DNA of 63,389 nucleotides, counting the filler, from Sphacelaria rigidula (lineage: Eukaryota), in assembly GCA_964200075.2 (NCBI GenBank). It is 3 parts of 3 records of this genome, joined end to end, with 100 filler letters (N's around TTAATTAATTAA, not from the genome) between each part and the next. Parts side by side here need not be neighbours in the genome. Positions count along the whole stretch, not along the records: positions 21,192 to 42,243 come from CAXNAA020000469.1; 2 more parts are not named here. One strand, 5' to 3'. Below, in pieces: positions 22,639 through 34,680 of this stretch. The notes under the pieces are model-generated. The model was not told the origin of the DNA. It saw only the letters and a list, made by a program, of their open reading frames with translations, and did not search any database. A program made the translations under genes and the position numbers. The stretch's first letter is position 1, and every line of letters starts with the position of its first letter.

Positions 22639-25600
22639 ATGCCAGCAGACGGCCAATACACCATGCGGGCGCAGCCCAGGCGCCGGAAGGATGTCAAGGA
22701 CGAGCCCATATTTTTGCGGAAAACGTACGAGATGATCAACTCCTGTGAGGACCGATACGCTGCGTGGAGCACAAACGGGGACACCTTCGTCATCAAAGAC
22801 CCAGACCTATTTGCTGATGAGGTCATTCCTCGTTTCTTCAAACGTGAGCTGTATGTTGCCGACGTGACTTATGCTGCGTTTCGTCCCTGCATAAAGTCGG
22901 AAGGAGTGATCGATAGTTACATGTGATATAACGGTGTATGCACGGTTTCGATCGCTGCATAGCATGGAGCTTTGTTCATCGATCTCCCCACATGAGATTC
23001 GAGTCGCTAGAGCGGGAACTTCTTATCCTTGCGCACGCAGTGTTAGTCCCTGGCAACCGTTCTGCGCTAACCGAAACTGACTGTTCAATAAAGTGACGGT
23101 GAGTGCACCACATCAACCATGGATGTTTCGTGTGCCTCCCCATTTTTGACTACATGTAGCAATCGCACAGTGTTTGCAGCATGTAGCGAGGGCAGGAGGG
23201 TTCAAGGGTGAATCGAATCTTGGGTGGGAAGCACCCTCAGTGACGGGCGAGATTTGTCGACTCTTCGGTTGGATGAGCTGTCGCGTCGTCTTGTAAGAGG
23301 CCCCTCCATTCGTCTGAAAAAAAAGCCAGATTGACGGAGATGAAAACGGTGAACATGGAAAGAAACGGGCAAGTAGCCTGCATTTTTTCCGACCTGTCTT
23401 TCTGTAAACTCTCGACCTGTGCCTTGAGTCACACCTAAAATGATTCGCGTGACGGTGCAGGGTGAGACGGTACATTCGACTCGTGGTAATCCCCGTTGTG
23501 CTGTCATAGTCAGATGGATGTTCCCCTTGGAAGCTCTGGGTAAGTTTCCCCGCCTGTGGGGTGGAGGGCCGGGGATTTCGAGTATTTTGCCGTTTTTCTG
23601 ACTCCACGCGCTCCAGACTCCTCTCGGGTGGTATCGCGCCGTTCTGCCGATCTTTCCCGAGAAAGAAAACGCCGCTAATGAGCATCCGCTTCGAAATGCG
23701 CGGTAGTCTGTATAGGTGTTCTGTACGTGTTGCCCACGGCGAGCAGTTTGTCCCCTTTCCCGCGTGCTGCTGCTGGCAACTAGCTGCACCCCACGCAATT
23801 TCTCGTAACTAGCAGCGCAGGCGGGTGGTGCATAGATCGCACTGCAATGGTTGCCCTTAACACCAGTCGCTGTCAGGGTACACGTGACAACCTCGGTTCA
23901 GCACATGGTGAAGACTGATGAAGTGAGACTGCGGCACCACCCCTGACGCCCCGGATGGGGATGCCCGGGGCCCTATCGTTTTTTTGGGCTTCCCACCGAT
24001 TGTGTTCGACTGTTGAAATGAAAACCCCGTGAATTCTGTGTGCATATGTCATTCTTACGCATCCGCAGACAACAAGTTCAGCTCTTTCGTAAGGCAACTC
24101 AACTTCTATGGCTTCCGAAAGGTCAAGTCTAATGTTACGGTGGAGGGACATGACAGCAAGTGGTGGGAGTTCAAGGTACGCACCCCAGGTTTAGCTCGTT
24201 GTGAACACAAATTTGGGCATATGTTGAAGGAATTTGAATGGACAATCGAGCATGGCAGCAGTGAAACGTCGCAACCCTTTTATTTTCGCAAGCCATGGGT
24301 TTGTGTTTTACGGTAGCCGGTGATGCCTTGGCATTCGCCCAGTTATCGTTGTACCGAACGGTACAGGGGACACTGACCAGACGCGTTGTAGCTTGCTTCC
24401 ACGTGGCTTGTTCACAGTTGTAAACACGCGTGATTCTTTCGTTTTGTTTCGTCACGGTGTACAAAGCATACTGCCCGTGTGTGATGGTGCTAAAAACACC
24501 CTACTGTCTGTACTGGACACCCGAGACACAAGCTCCGAGAGTGCCTTACCTTCAAAAAAAAATGTCCACACCACTTACCGAGACATTTCACACGTTGTCG
24601 GGTATGAGGATCTAGAATAAACTTTTTTGGGTACATGGTCAACGATCCTGGATGAGGTGAAAAGACGGAGTCTTTTCTACCACGTTCAACGTGTCTACTG
24701 GAACACCCCCCCCCCATAAAGGACAAGGGTCGAGTACGAGAGTAATGAAACGAAGCAGGGACTACATGATGGTGTCGTGACGAGGGGGTTGCTGAAGCCT
24801 CAGTAGTGTTTGTGAAAGTATAACATGTGTTTGTGTTCGCATATCCTAAATATCCTCAGATAGTTTTGGCCTGGCCAAGGCGTAACCGGCAATCGTTTCA
24901 CAGTTGAAGGTAACAGTGAAAAACAAGGATGGTGGGAAGGTGCGTCTTATCGGGAGCCCAATGATCATCTGGCGATTGACGCTATCTCACCGATAAAGGC
25001 TTCGTGACCTCTCTCAGGATATGCCACTAATCAATCACGAGGCGTAGATCGGTATTTGGTTTTTCAGAAGACGGTCCCCTATCGAAGGACCCTCGGGATT
25101 CTTCAAAACTTGTTCATGTATTCGATTGGGGGATTCAACCGATGAGAAAATGACACGCGTATGCGACGCTTCCTCAATCATGGTATGACCGTCGACTGTT
25201 TTGATCATGCATTCAAACTTGGTCATGCCGAGCCCGCCATAGAATCTCGTTCCAGCCGAGGCAGTTCGTCACCCAAGTGTGGGATTGACATGTGTGATGT
25301 GTTGGTGAACCATTTTGGTACTGGCCACGGAAAAGTGTATGTTTCGATATGCTGTTTTTTGAAGAACATATGATCCAGTTTTTGCAACTTTCACGCGAAA
25401 CTAGTAGCCCACGGCGTGTTTTTCAGACCCGAATGAAATGTGCCCCAGTGCAGCACAGGACTCAGTACATGCAAAGTAGACAGGTGGTGCCGATATTTGT
25501 TTGTACAGAGTTTCGAAAGCAAATGCTAATTTGGACTGTGTGCACAAAATTGAACACGCTTGACCCATTGCGTCTAGTCATTGGAGACAAGTAATCCGAC

Positions 25601-28600
25601 CGCACCGGGGTGACATTTGTGGTGCGCGCATGACATGCTGTTAGATTCTTCTGTGGCCTTGCGCCGTAAAAATAGTTGCCGTCGGTCTTTGCCATTTCCT
25701 TCTTCTTTTTTTTGTCAGGGCATTGAAATAATGAGGGGTGGCCGGGGGACGGAACGGGAGGGTTCTCACAGGGTTGATATTGCAAGCCACACCCTGGACA
25801 GTAGATATCAATCAAATGGAATGTACGGCGTAGAGTAGTGGACAGTCTAACTATTGAGCGGGGTTCTGGGGGTTTCCTCGCGTGATGATCTTTGATATAA
25901 GTCGAAACTGCTAGAGTCGGTAGATTTTGGTACAAAAAACACAGTGCCCAAGTCAGTGCTAGTTGGTTTTATCGGGCGAAACGAGTGAATACCCCGTTCA
26001 TCCTGAGGGTGTTTTTGACCGTGAAACACAGTTTTTCGGCTCTACTGCAATGAGCAGGCAAAATTCCGAAAGAAGAAAACTGTACATCTTGGGGCTGGAA
26101 TGTCGCAGGACCCCCGAAGAACGGTCAGCCACGTGATTCACAACACTGTATTGACTTCAGATGGTTTTTTACGTGCAATGTAGAGCGGATACAAATATCT
26201 TCAGATCCCCCATGTGATGAGCGGTGGCAAGCCAAAAGAGCCCAAGAAAGTCGCCACTCACGAAGAAATCACAAAATGCCTCAAAATGTCTAGTTAGACC
26301 GCCCACTACTGTAAGATGTCATCAGTTGTTTTCTTCACTACCCTGTTCCATCATTTGGTCTTCATCCTTTGTCAGCAAATTTCACCTTATCCGGACCATC
26401 GTCGTGCAGCTGCCCTGAAGTTTGACTGCCCGTTTCGAACGTGAAAAGATACCCTGTACCCAGCTTGGTGTTTTTTACACTGAGAGGGTACACTTCCCCT
26501 CATGTAGGTCGAGTACAACGCTACAGCTCCGTGTCGCCTTGCACGCCTTAATCGATACGTGGTGCGTATCCTAAACCAACACGTTTGATCGTGTTGGTAC
26601 ATTCGGAAACATGAGCCAGAAGGGCTGTATGATCGAGCTCACTGTTGGTAGCTGCTGTTGACGAAATTCGTCCGAGATGATTTTCGGGTTTGTGTCCCGT
26701 GTTTTTCGCTGAACCGCTGCACCCGTGGATCATCCATATGTTGGTTTGAAAGCGCAGTTTGAAGACGTCGTGTTGGTGTGTTGGAAATGTCTGCGTACAT
26801 ACTAGTGATTACCTCAACCCGGTATCAAATCATAGTAGAGTTCGAATCTCACGTCACCATATTCAGACTGGCGTACTTCAAGCAATATTCCCGCAGTATC
26901 CTCCCTCATGTCAACCTTTTGATTGTTTTCTTGTTTGGGCACATTTTCCCTCATAGCTCTGCACTGACCACGTCTGTTTGAAATATTTTTGCACCAAAGT
27001 TCCCGTCAGATTGCGGGCTTTCAGGGGGATATGACAGCCGATTCGGACGATTTGACCGTCTTGGTGTAAATCACGAAAAAAAACGTTGCTCCCACAACAA
27101 ATATCCGTTCCTAATCTCACGAACGTGTTGTTTGTTCGGGATATTATATCAGAACATGCAACAAACAGCTTCTTTCGGACCATGTCGATAGGCTCCATGT
27201 GCATTTTACCGTTGTGGTCGTTGGGGAAGTGCTAAGTACGATGAAAAAATTTACCTTAGTTTCCGACGTTACTACCAGCAATAGTTGCAAGAGCCACAAA
27301 GAAATTATCTTCGAAAAAGTCCTTTGAACGGCGATTCTCCCCTGCAGTGTCAGTCTACCAAAAAAATTAGGTCGCAGCTTGCCGAGAATGCTGCAGCAGT
27401 ATTTTAAAAATGGCATCAGAGGAGTCTCTTAAAATCGAAGGGCGGAATCATCGCCCGCCATCACTTTGCTCATCGTTCGATGTGAGGGGTCCGTGAATCA
27501 CTGATTGCAACCTCCATGAATACTCCCCCGAAAGGCTACTCACTTGTCCGACGTCAGTGCTGGTTCGCTGCTGATTTCATCCGAAGTCTGATCTGGCAAA
27601 TAACGAGTGATGATTTCCGATTCAGCTCACGGTGGGTTTTGCCTACTTTGTGTATCACCGGGGAGCCGAGCCGGATCATCATGCCCGATTTGTGAGCCTC
27701 TTCGGAAACTGCTCCCACCATGCCTCTCATATCCTGGTTTTGAAGTGTATGAAGTCACTGAAACCGACCAAAAACCCGTGCTTCATGTATCTGACCAAAA
27801 CATTTGCGTGAATCGTTCTCTTGCTCGGCAGCACGAATTCTTCCTCAGAGACAAGCCGCACCTCCTCGCCGAAATCCGCCGCGCCACGCACTACGGAGCA
27901 ACCCCGGAAAAGCAGGAGGTGGACGATCTCCGCTCCGAGGTTGGCTCGCTGCGCTCCCAGGTGGTGGACATGGACGGTCGGATCGACGCACTCTCCAAGA
28001 TGGTGGATCGCTTGCTCGAGGCCGGCGCTGCCGGCGGCGGTAAGGTCACTCCGATTCCTCCCCTCGAAAATTGGGCTAAGAAGCGCCGTCTCGACGGAGA
28101 GTTGGCGGGCGCGGCCGACACGATGAAGCCGGAATTGGCTCCCACCGCAGGCCAATCCCGTAGCGATAGTGCGGTGGGGATAGATGCGGCTGGATTCGCC
28201 CAGGTGAAACCGGAGGTGAACGCACGGGAGACGGGGACGAGTGTAGCCGAGGGCGCCCCCTGTAGTGATGCATCTCCGGAAGGGAGCAATGGTGTTATTA
28301 GTTCGGCAGGAGTCAAGACCGAGCTCACGGAGGAACCGGAGTACAAGTTCGCCGCCCAGGTGGAATCGTTACCAGGCGACGTTGAGGGGGACATAAGCGG
28401 TAGCCCGGCTGGTGGCGATGGGATGATTATCGGCGGTGGGGCCCTCTGCCGAGATACGTCTTTCATCCGCAACCTCGACAACATGAGCATCGGCTCTGTG
28501 TCTTCGCTCGCGCTGGATATGATTGACCTGGGCCCAAGCGATGGAGGCAGCGATGGCGGCGATCAGGAGGCACTGGCGCCAACAAGCGTGGAGGAGGACA

Positions 28601-29226
28601 CGGGATCTGACGTGCTGAACGACAGCCTGTTCGACATCGACTTCGAAGCGGAGATTACTTCCATGAGCGAAGAACCGACGTTCCCGGCGCAGGACGACTT
28701 GTTCGCTAGCCCCCTGGTCGACCCCGCCCCTGCTGTCGCTAGCGAGCCGCAAGCGGCAGCTCAAGAAGCGACGAACGCTACCGTTGCTGACGTCACGCCT
28801 GCTGTGAATGTGGCTATGACATCGAAGGACCAGACAGCCAAGATCCAGGAAGTGACGGCGTGTCTCGACTCCATGCCGCCGGAAAGCAGACGCAAGCTGG
28901 TCGAGGGTCTCATGGCACTCGCTCAAAACAACGGCGTCGTATCCACCTTCCCAGCGAACGCTGCTTCCAGCAGTACCAGCACCGCGCCACCGACTATCGC
29001 CGCCGCCACTTCCTCAGTGCCTGTGACCTCTACATCGTCTACGGCTACGACAACAGCGGCGAGGGCGGGGACCCCCGAGATTGCGATGCCGCTGGCGAGC
29101 GCTGCCATCGGCGCGTTCATGCTGCAACACGCGTCAGCCTTCATGAACGATCCCGCGGCGGCCGTTGCGGCCGTTACATTAGACTCGTCGCAACGCACTG
29201 TGAAGCGCACGACGTCGCTGCGTTGA
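22639..29226 (+). CDS. HSF: Heat shock transcription factor (HSF-type DNA-binding domain), 3 exons, ~568 aa
   Basis: Exons 22639-22843, 24069-24175 and 27832-29226 join in phase with GT-AG sites. Motifs [68 protein letters not shown]. Heptad coiled coil and KKRRL NLS follow. The start codon could alternatively be the second ATG a few codons downstream. Confidence 0.95.
24750..25200 (+). pseudogene. Possible decayed PIF/Harbinger-type DDE transposase remnant in HSF intron 2
   Basis: With frameshifts it reads LTDKGF (~24986) and RSPIE(R)TLGILQNLF (~25070-25115), resembling the ADKGF and RxxIERxFGxLK motifs. Confidence 0.35.
26913..27330 (+). repeat. ~415-bp dispersed repeat, copy 1
   Basis: Near-identical direct copy at 32106-32524. 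Confidence 0.9.
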
Positions 29227-30893
29227 TGTGTTCGAGTGCACGGTGGGGGCGTGAAGCGGGTGCACGAGGTGTTGCGCAAACGGTGACGGTGACGGACGGA
29301 GAAGGGCAAATGATGAGCACTCCTTCTTGAAGGATTTCTTCGTCGCACTGAGCGTCTATTTGCGCAAGATCGGGTTTTGATTAACTTTTTTCGGTGTGTT
29401 GGGCGTGAAAGTACCCTTCACGCTTCTGTGGCGAGTCAATTGTAAATGGTGACTGAACTGTCGGATGTAAATGAATCAAGCGGGGTGAGCGGAGCAGAAG
29501 CAGGCACAGGACGGAGGAGGTGTTGAAGTGCTTGTCGAGCGAAGAGTGACTGATGGAGGAGAACGCGTCGAGGAGTTGCCGAGCTGTTTTTTTTTGTTGT
29601 GCAAATTTGTCTACAGCTGTGGTGCATTGATCGTTGTACCACAGCACCAGCCGATGGAAGATTGAAAGGGAGCGACTGTTGTCCATCTTGCTCAATGCCT
29701 CCCAAGCTTGCTTGAAAACGCTCTTGGATTTGGGTTCGATTTTTGTAGGAAGTTTCACGAGTATCTCGTACAACAGCATTAGCATGTCATGGTACGGTAG
29801 TGATGTACGATTCGGCTTGGGCTCCAGCCCCAGCCGATTATTTTTGTTCGTTTTTTTAAGCGTTTGACGTTATATCCTTGTGTCGTATTCTTTTCACCGC
29901 GGCGGCGGTTATGGAAACGCTGGGTGTGCATAGGTGTGCTTTGATTTTGCAGTAGAGTAGAAATGTCGGAGACTTACAATGAAACCAAAAACTGGACTGC
30001 GTGTGCTTCGTGTTGACGGTATTATTGCAATGCGCCGTGAGCAGTAGTCGCACACGACGCCGAGTTACGGGACCTTGTAATGTCATCTCCGTACCACCAC
30101 GGTACGCGGTACTGTAGGGGGTCGCCCACCTCGTACGCCAGCCTACAGTGGAACCTCCCAGTTAACGGGTATTGTGCGAATAAAATGTATCAGGACTAGG
30201 GTGACGTGTATTTTTTTGACGAGCGTTTTTGAAGGCAATATACCATGGGACCCACAATTGGTGAGCTCTTCCAAAACTGCGGTAGCCGCCGTCGTTGGTA
30301 TTTCGATACCTCTCGTGGAGATGACCAGATCTTGGCATGTCGTCCAGTGGTGTGGGTCGGGGGGAGTCGTGCCGAGACAATCGCCTTCTTTCCTATTTGG
30401 AGATTCTGACATCATGAAACGACAGGATAGTTCTGTTCTCCTGCGGCTCGTCTCTTTTTGGCGTGATGGCAAGGAGGATGGGTTTTGCTATTGATTCACC
30501 ATTTCCGTGGTTGGGCTCGCCTCGAGGAAGATCAATTTGCTCTGCTGCCGATTTCCGGAGAGATTTGTGCCTGACATGCCTGGGATTTGGTGAAATCGGT
30601 ACCACGTACCACAAGCTCTCGTCTGGGCTCGGTTATTTCACCTTCGGTGGGGGGGCTCTACACCCTCGGTGCCCTGAAGGGGTACCACTTCGCACAATTT
30701 CGAGCTCATGCTTTTGTTGTCATCCCCGTGAAGAGAATCCGATCCCATTTCTCATTCTTCAGGATCCCTAATATTTGATTTTGTGGTGCGGGAGTAAGAT
30801 ATGGCTCGAAGTACCGTCGACTTCCTCTCAGTATCAAGAGTCGCATTTGACGATTGAGTGTGAGCTTTTCAACAGGACATTGTTTCCGAGCAA

Positions 30894-31137
30894 TGCTACG
30901 GTAGGGGGGCACTTTTTTCGCGAAATGTTGTCTGGTTCAGAGGCTCCTATCAATTCTAGACGCACAAGAATATTGGTCAGGACATCCCCGTTTGCAGATT
31001 CATTGGGGATATCCCCAGTACATGGGAATAGTAATCCTGGCGCGCCCTCGCACATTTTCATAAGTCGTGTTTTGCCTGAGATATAGGCCCCCAACAATTC
31101 TCACCTCAGAAAATATTTGGGTGCCCCTACCGTAGCA
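30894..31137. mobile_element. MITE, TIR TGCTACGGTAGGGG
   Basis: Inverted termini; family members at 39332-39576 and 43011-43257 in the opposite orientation. Confidence 0.85.
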
Positions 31138-32105
31138 TCCCTCTTCCATATGTTCCATCAAACGGATGGATCACGAAGATTTATCTGAACGTCACGTGTT
31201 AGTAGTGCGAACGCAATAAAACACGCACCATAGCCGCGTAAGGGTTGATATTTTTTTAGTTGGGAGTCGTAGATTATACGCCCACTAATAACAGTTCCTT
31301 CCGTTGAACGGGCATTAGACGAGGGAGAAGACATCAACCGTCGGAGTATTCCTCTCATCAATGCGCCGTAGTACTCTGAGCAGGTTTCGTCCGATTAGAC
31401 CTCTCATATACTGGCATACCCTCCTTCGATGAACACTTTGAAAGTCAATGTAAGGTACTAATCCGCCGTGATTCCGAAGAATGGCATGCCGATGCTTGTG
31501 TGATTTCAGATTATACATCCGACGACTGACGTCGCAAGGTTAACATCGACAGGATTCGTACCCTAGGTCACGCGGTGATTTTTTTCAAGTGAAAGTGATG
31601 CCAATTACACGAATGGGTATTTCCCGCGCTAAATACCAGAGGATTCTGCAACATTGGAACGAAATCTTTTTTTGGAAACGAGCAAAAATACAGAGTGATC
31701 GAGGTTATGCGAAATTGTTCCCTTCTAAGGCAGTGAGGAGGCTGGAGGGTCTCATGTGGTTAAAAAACCGAGCCCGGAGGTTGTGGAACCCTTGTAAAGG
31801 TGAGATGTTGGTCGCTTTTCACTGGACAACATTATATTATGCTCGGTCCTGAAATTTGTTTCCCCTCTGGCTCAAAATATCAAAATATACTGCCAAAAAA
31901 ATGTTCGTGAGATGATGAACTGTTTTCTTTCAAAAACGGGGTCTTTTCGGTATTTACAGTACGCCGAAACGGTGGTACGCCGAAACGGTGGAATCGTCCG
32001 ACACGACCGGCAACCTCCTGAAAGCCCGTGATCTGACGAGAATCTTGGCGCAATCATGTTTGAAATCGGTAACGCCTTCCATGACATCCAGCCGAAAATG
32101 CGCAA

Positions 32106-32524
32106 AACCTTTTGATTGTTTTCTTGTTTGGGCACATTTTCCCTCATAGCTCTGCACTGACCACGTCTGTTTGAAATATTTTTGCACCAAAGTTCCCGTC
32201 AGATTGCGGGCTTTCAGGGGGATATGACAGCCGATTCGGACGATTTGACCGTCTTGGTGTAAATCACGAAAAAAAAACGTTGCTCCCACAACAAATATCC
32301 GTTCCTAATCTCACGAACGTGTTGTTTGTTCGGGATATTATATCAGAACATGCAACAAACAGCTTCTTTCGGATCATGTCGATAGGCTCCATGTGCACTT
32401 TACCGTTGTGGTCTTTGGGGAAGTGCTAAGAACGATGAAAAAATTTAGCTTGGTTTCCGACGTTACTATCGGCAATAGTTGCAAGAGCCACGAAGAAATT
32501 ATCTTCGAAAATGACTTTGAACGA
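32106..32524 (+). repeat. ~415-bp dispersed repeat, copy 2
   Basis: Near-identical to 26913-27330. Confidence 0.9.
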
Positions 32525-34680
32525 TAAAACGAGGTTCAACTCTAAAACAGTACTACTTTCCTATGGGCGATATCATGCACCACGACCTCCCTGAGACTAT
32601 TTTTCGGGGTTTCTCGTCTTGCGTTTCCCCGACGGGTATGTATGAGAGTACCATTGACAGGGTATGTATGTGAAATCAGGGATGAGAAAAGGGACGCTTT
32701 TAGCCCGAGAATAGTGATTCCGCACACACCCCTTGGGGGAACTGAAGACGAGAAATCCCCTGACATAGTTTCAGGGAGGTCCGGAGGCATGAGGTGGTCT
32801 ATATGAAAGTCTTTTGTAATGGCCTTGGGTCAGGGAAAACATTGTTTTGGTTGAACCTTATTTCATACAATGCTCAACTTCATTTTCGAAGATAATCTCC
32901 TACAGAGGTTGTTTCGAGCATTTCGGGCTGTTGAATGTTCGAGATATGTTAACCCATTTCATGTCAGCGTAGGGCATTTACCATTTCGCACAACTTTGAG
33001 CACCATATTTGTTCGTTTCAATAAAAAAACGTTCGCTCCCATGTTTGACTGAGGATGCTCTGTCAAATGTTCGTTTGTGGAATCGACATCACCTTTTTCA
33101 AGTGAAAATGGACTGAAGAGCTCACACTCAATCATATCCTAGACACTCAACTTGGCGAGGAGATTGTTGTTCATTTGCGCCTCCTGAGAAGGAACTGCAG
33201 ATGCTCCGTACCAGCATCGGCTCATGATATATGATTTCGGCGCCATAAATGATAGTAGCCTTCCTCAATGTCCATGGAAATAGACATCGTAATTCTGACC
33301 GACAAGTGAAAGAAAAATATTGCCCAATGAACGTAAATAGTTTGAAATATCTACAACTGCTTAGGACCCTTCAGCGAGTCTACTGGGCAAGTATTACTGG
33401 TTGTTGTCACCGTTGAAAATGCCTTGAATGATATTCGATATTTTCGTGGTGGTGGTGGTAGTTGCTGGTGTCGAGGTGCAGGGACGATATATACAGCATC
33501 ATTGAAGGTTACAGGACATTCAAATTGGTCAGGGTCCTGATGTGCTTGAGAGGTGCGTTTTCTCGGCCAAGGTAGCCGTTATGAGTTATGACTGTTGGAT
33601 CTTAGGCTCTTGTATCTGAGCGAGCCCACCAAGCTTACTGCGCATATTCTCCTGCAAACATCAACAACTGTAGAGTAAAATCTAATAAAGCTATTCACCA
33701 CGGTTTGGGGTTTAACTCCTGTAAGCGCTGCGGTTCTCGACAAGCCAGACATACGAGTGCGTGGTCATTCGGCCTAGCGGGTGTATTTTGTAACATTTTG
33801 TGTTTACTCCCGGCTTGATTCATCTACGTACTGAAAAGGTCTCGCGAATTGAGTCGAGTCGAGTTGATCCAATCAAGCGCGCGCACGAGATCAGGCTGCG
33901 TGTGATTTGTTTTCTTTGGACGAGGTCGGATTGTGCCAGCGTTTGAGTTAGGAAACCCCTCTTTCGTGTAATTCTTGTCTGAAGGTATAGCTCGTCGTTC
34001 GTGTAAAAAATGCAGACAAACTAGGAAATGGTTGCTCGATCTGGGAATATACCTGTATATATAATATTTGCACTCACGTAGCACACGTTCGTACTGACGC
34101 ACGTGCAGGAACCTCTGCGACAGGCTCAGCGTAGTCAGTCACTCATGACAACCGGTCACAACAACGAGGACGGACCATGCAGGCAACAAGAAACGATTTT
34201 CGCAATATCGTCGCATGCACATGCAGCGAGTGGTTCCATCACAAGAAAAACGATTCGCACTTCTTGGAAACACCATCCCTCTCCCTCTTGCCATTGACGC
34301 CTTTTTTACGAGGTTTGCTTAACCGCGAGCGCACACGTGCATACTCACGCCGTGTTGAAATTTTTTTGATCGTACATGAGTCGAAGAAACCCCCTGAAGG
34401 CTCATCATCGTTGCGTCGTGGCGTCCCATCTAGCTCTCGAAGACTTTCAAAATATGGTGAATATCATTCACGATAATGGATATTGCGAGAGAGTAAGTAA
34501 TCACAACAGTATATTGATCATCACAGTCACAGTCATAGCCAGCCGTAATGATTGACTTCTTGTTCCTATTCATAATCATGATCATACTAAGAACGAAGAC
34601 AGGAATAGGAACATTAAACAAAAACGAACACCACAATAAACAATCAAGAAAAGCCCAATAGAACGAACTCCGTCCTTAAA

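Noticed and set aside
12690-23930. CTGATGA hammerhead-core-like heptamers (~12695, ~18893, ~23915)
   Set aside because: No properly spaced stem II plus GAAA or flanking helices were found.
27607-27831. N-terminal 75 aa of the 539-aa ORF
   Set aside because: Intronic read-through; HSF homology resumes only after the acceptor at 27831.
32540-33700. Possible decayed coding sequence between HSF and DRC2
   Set aside because: No sustained frame or identifiable motif; cannot be supported without a translated search.
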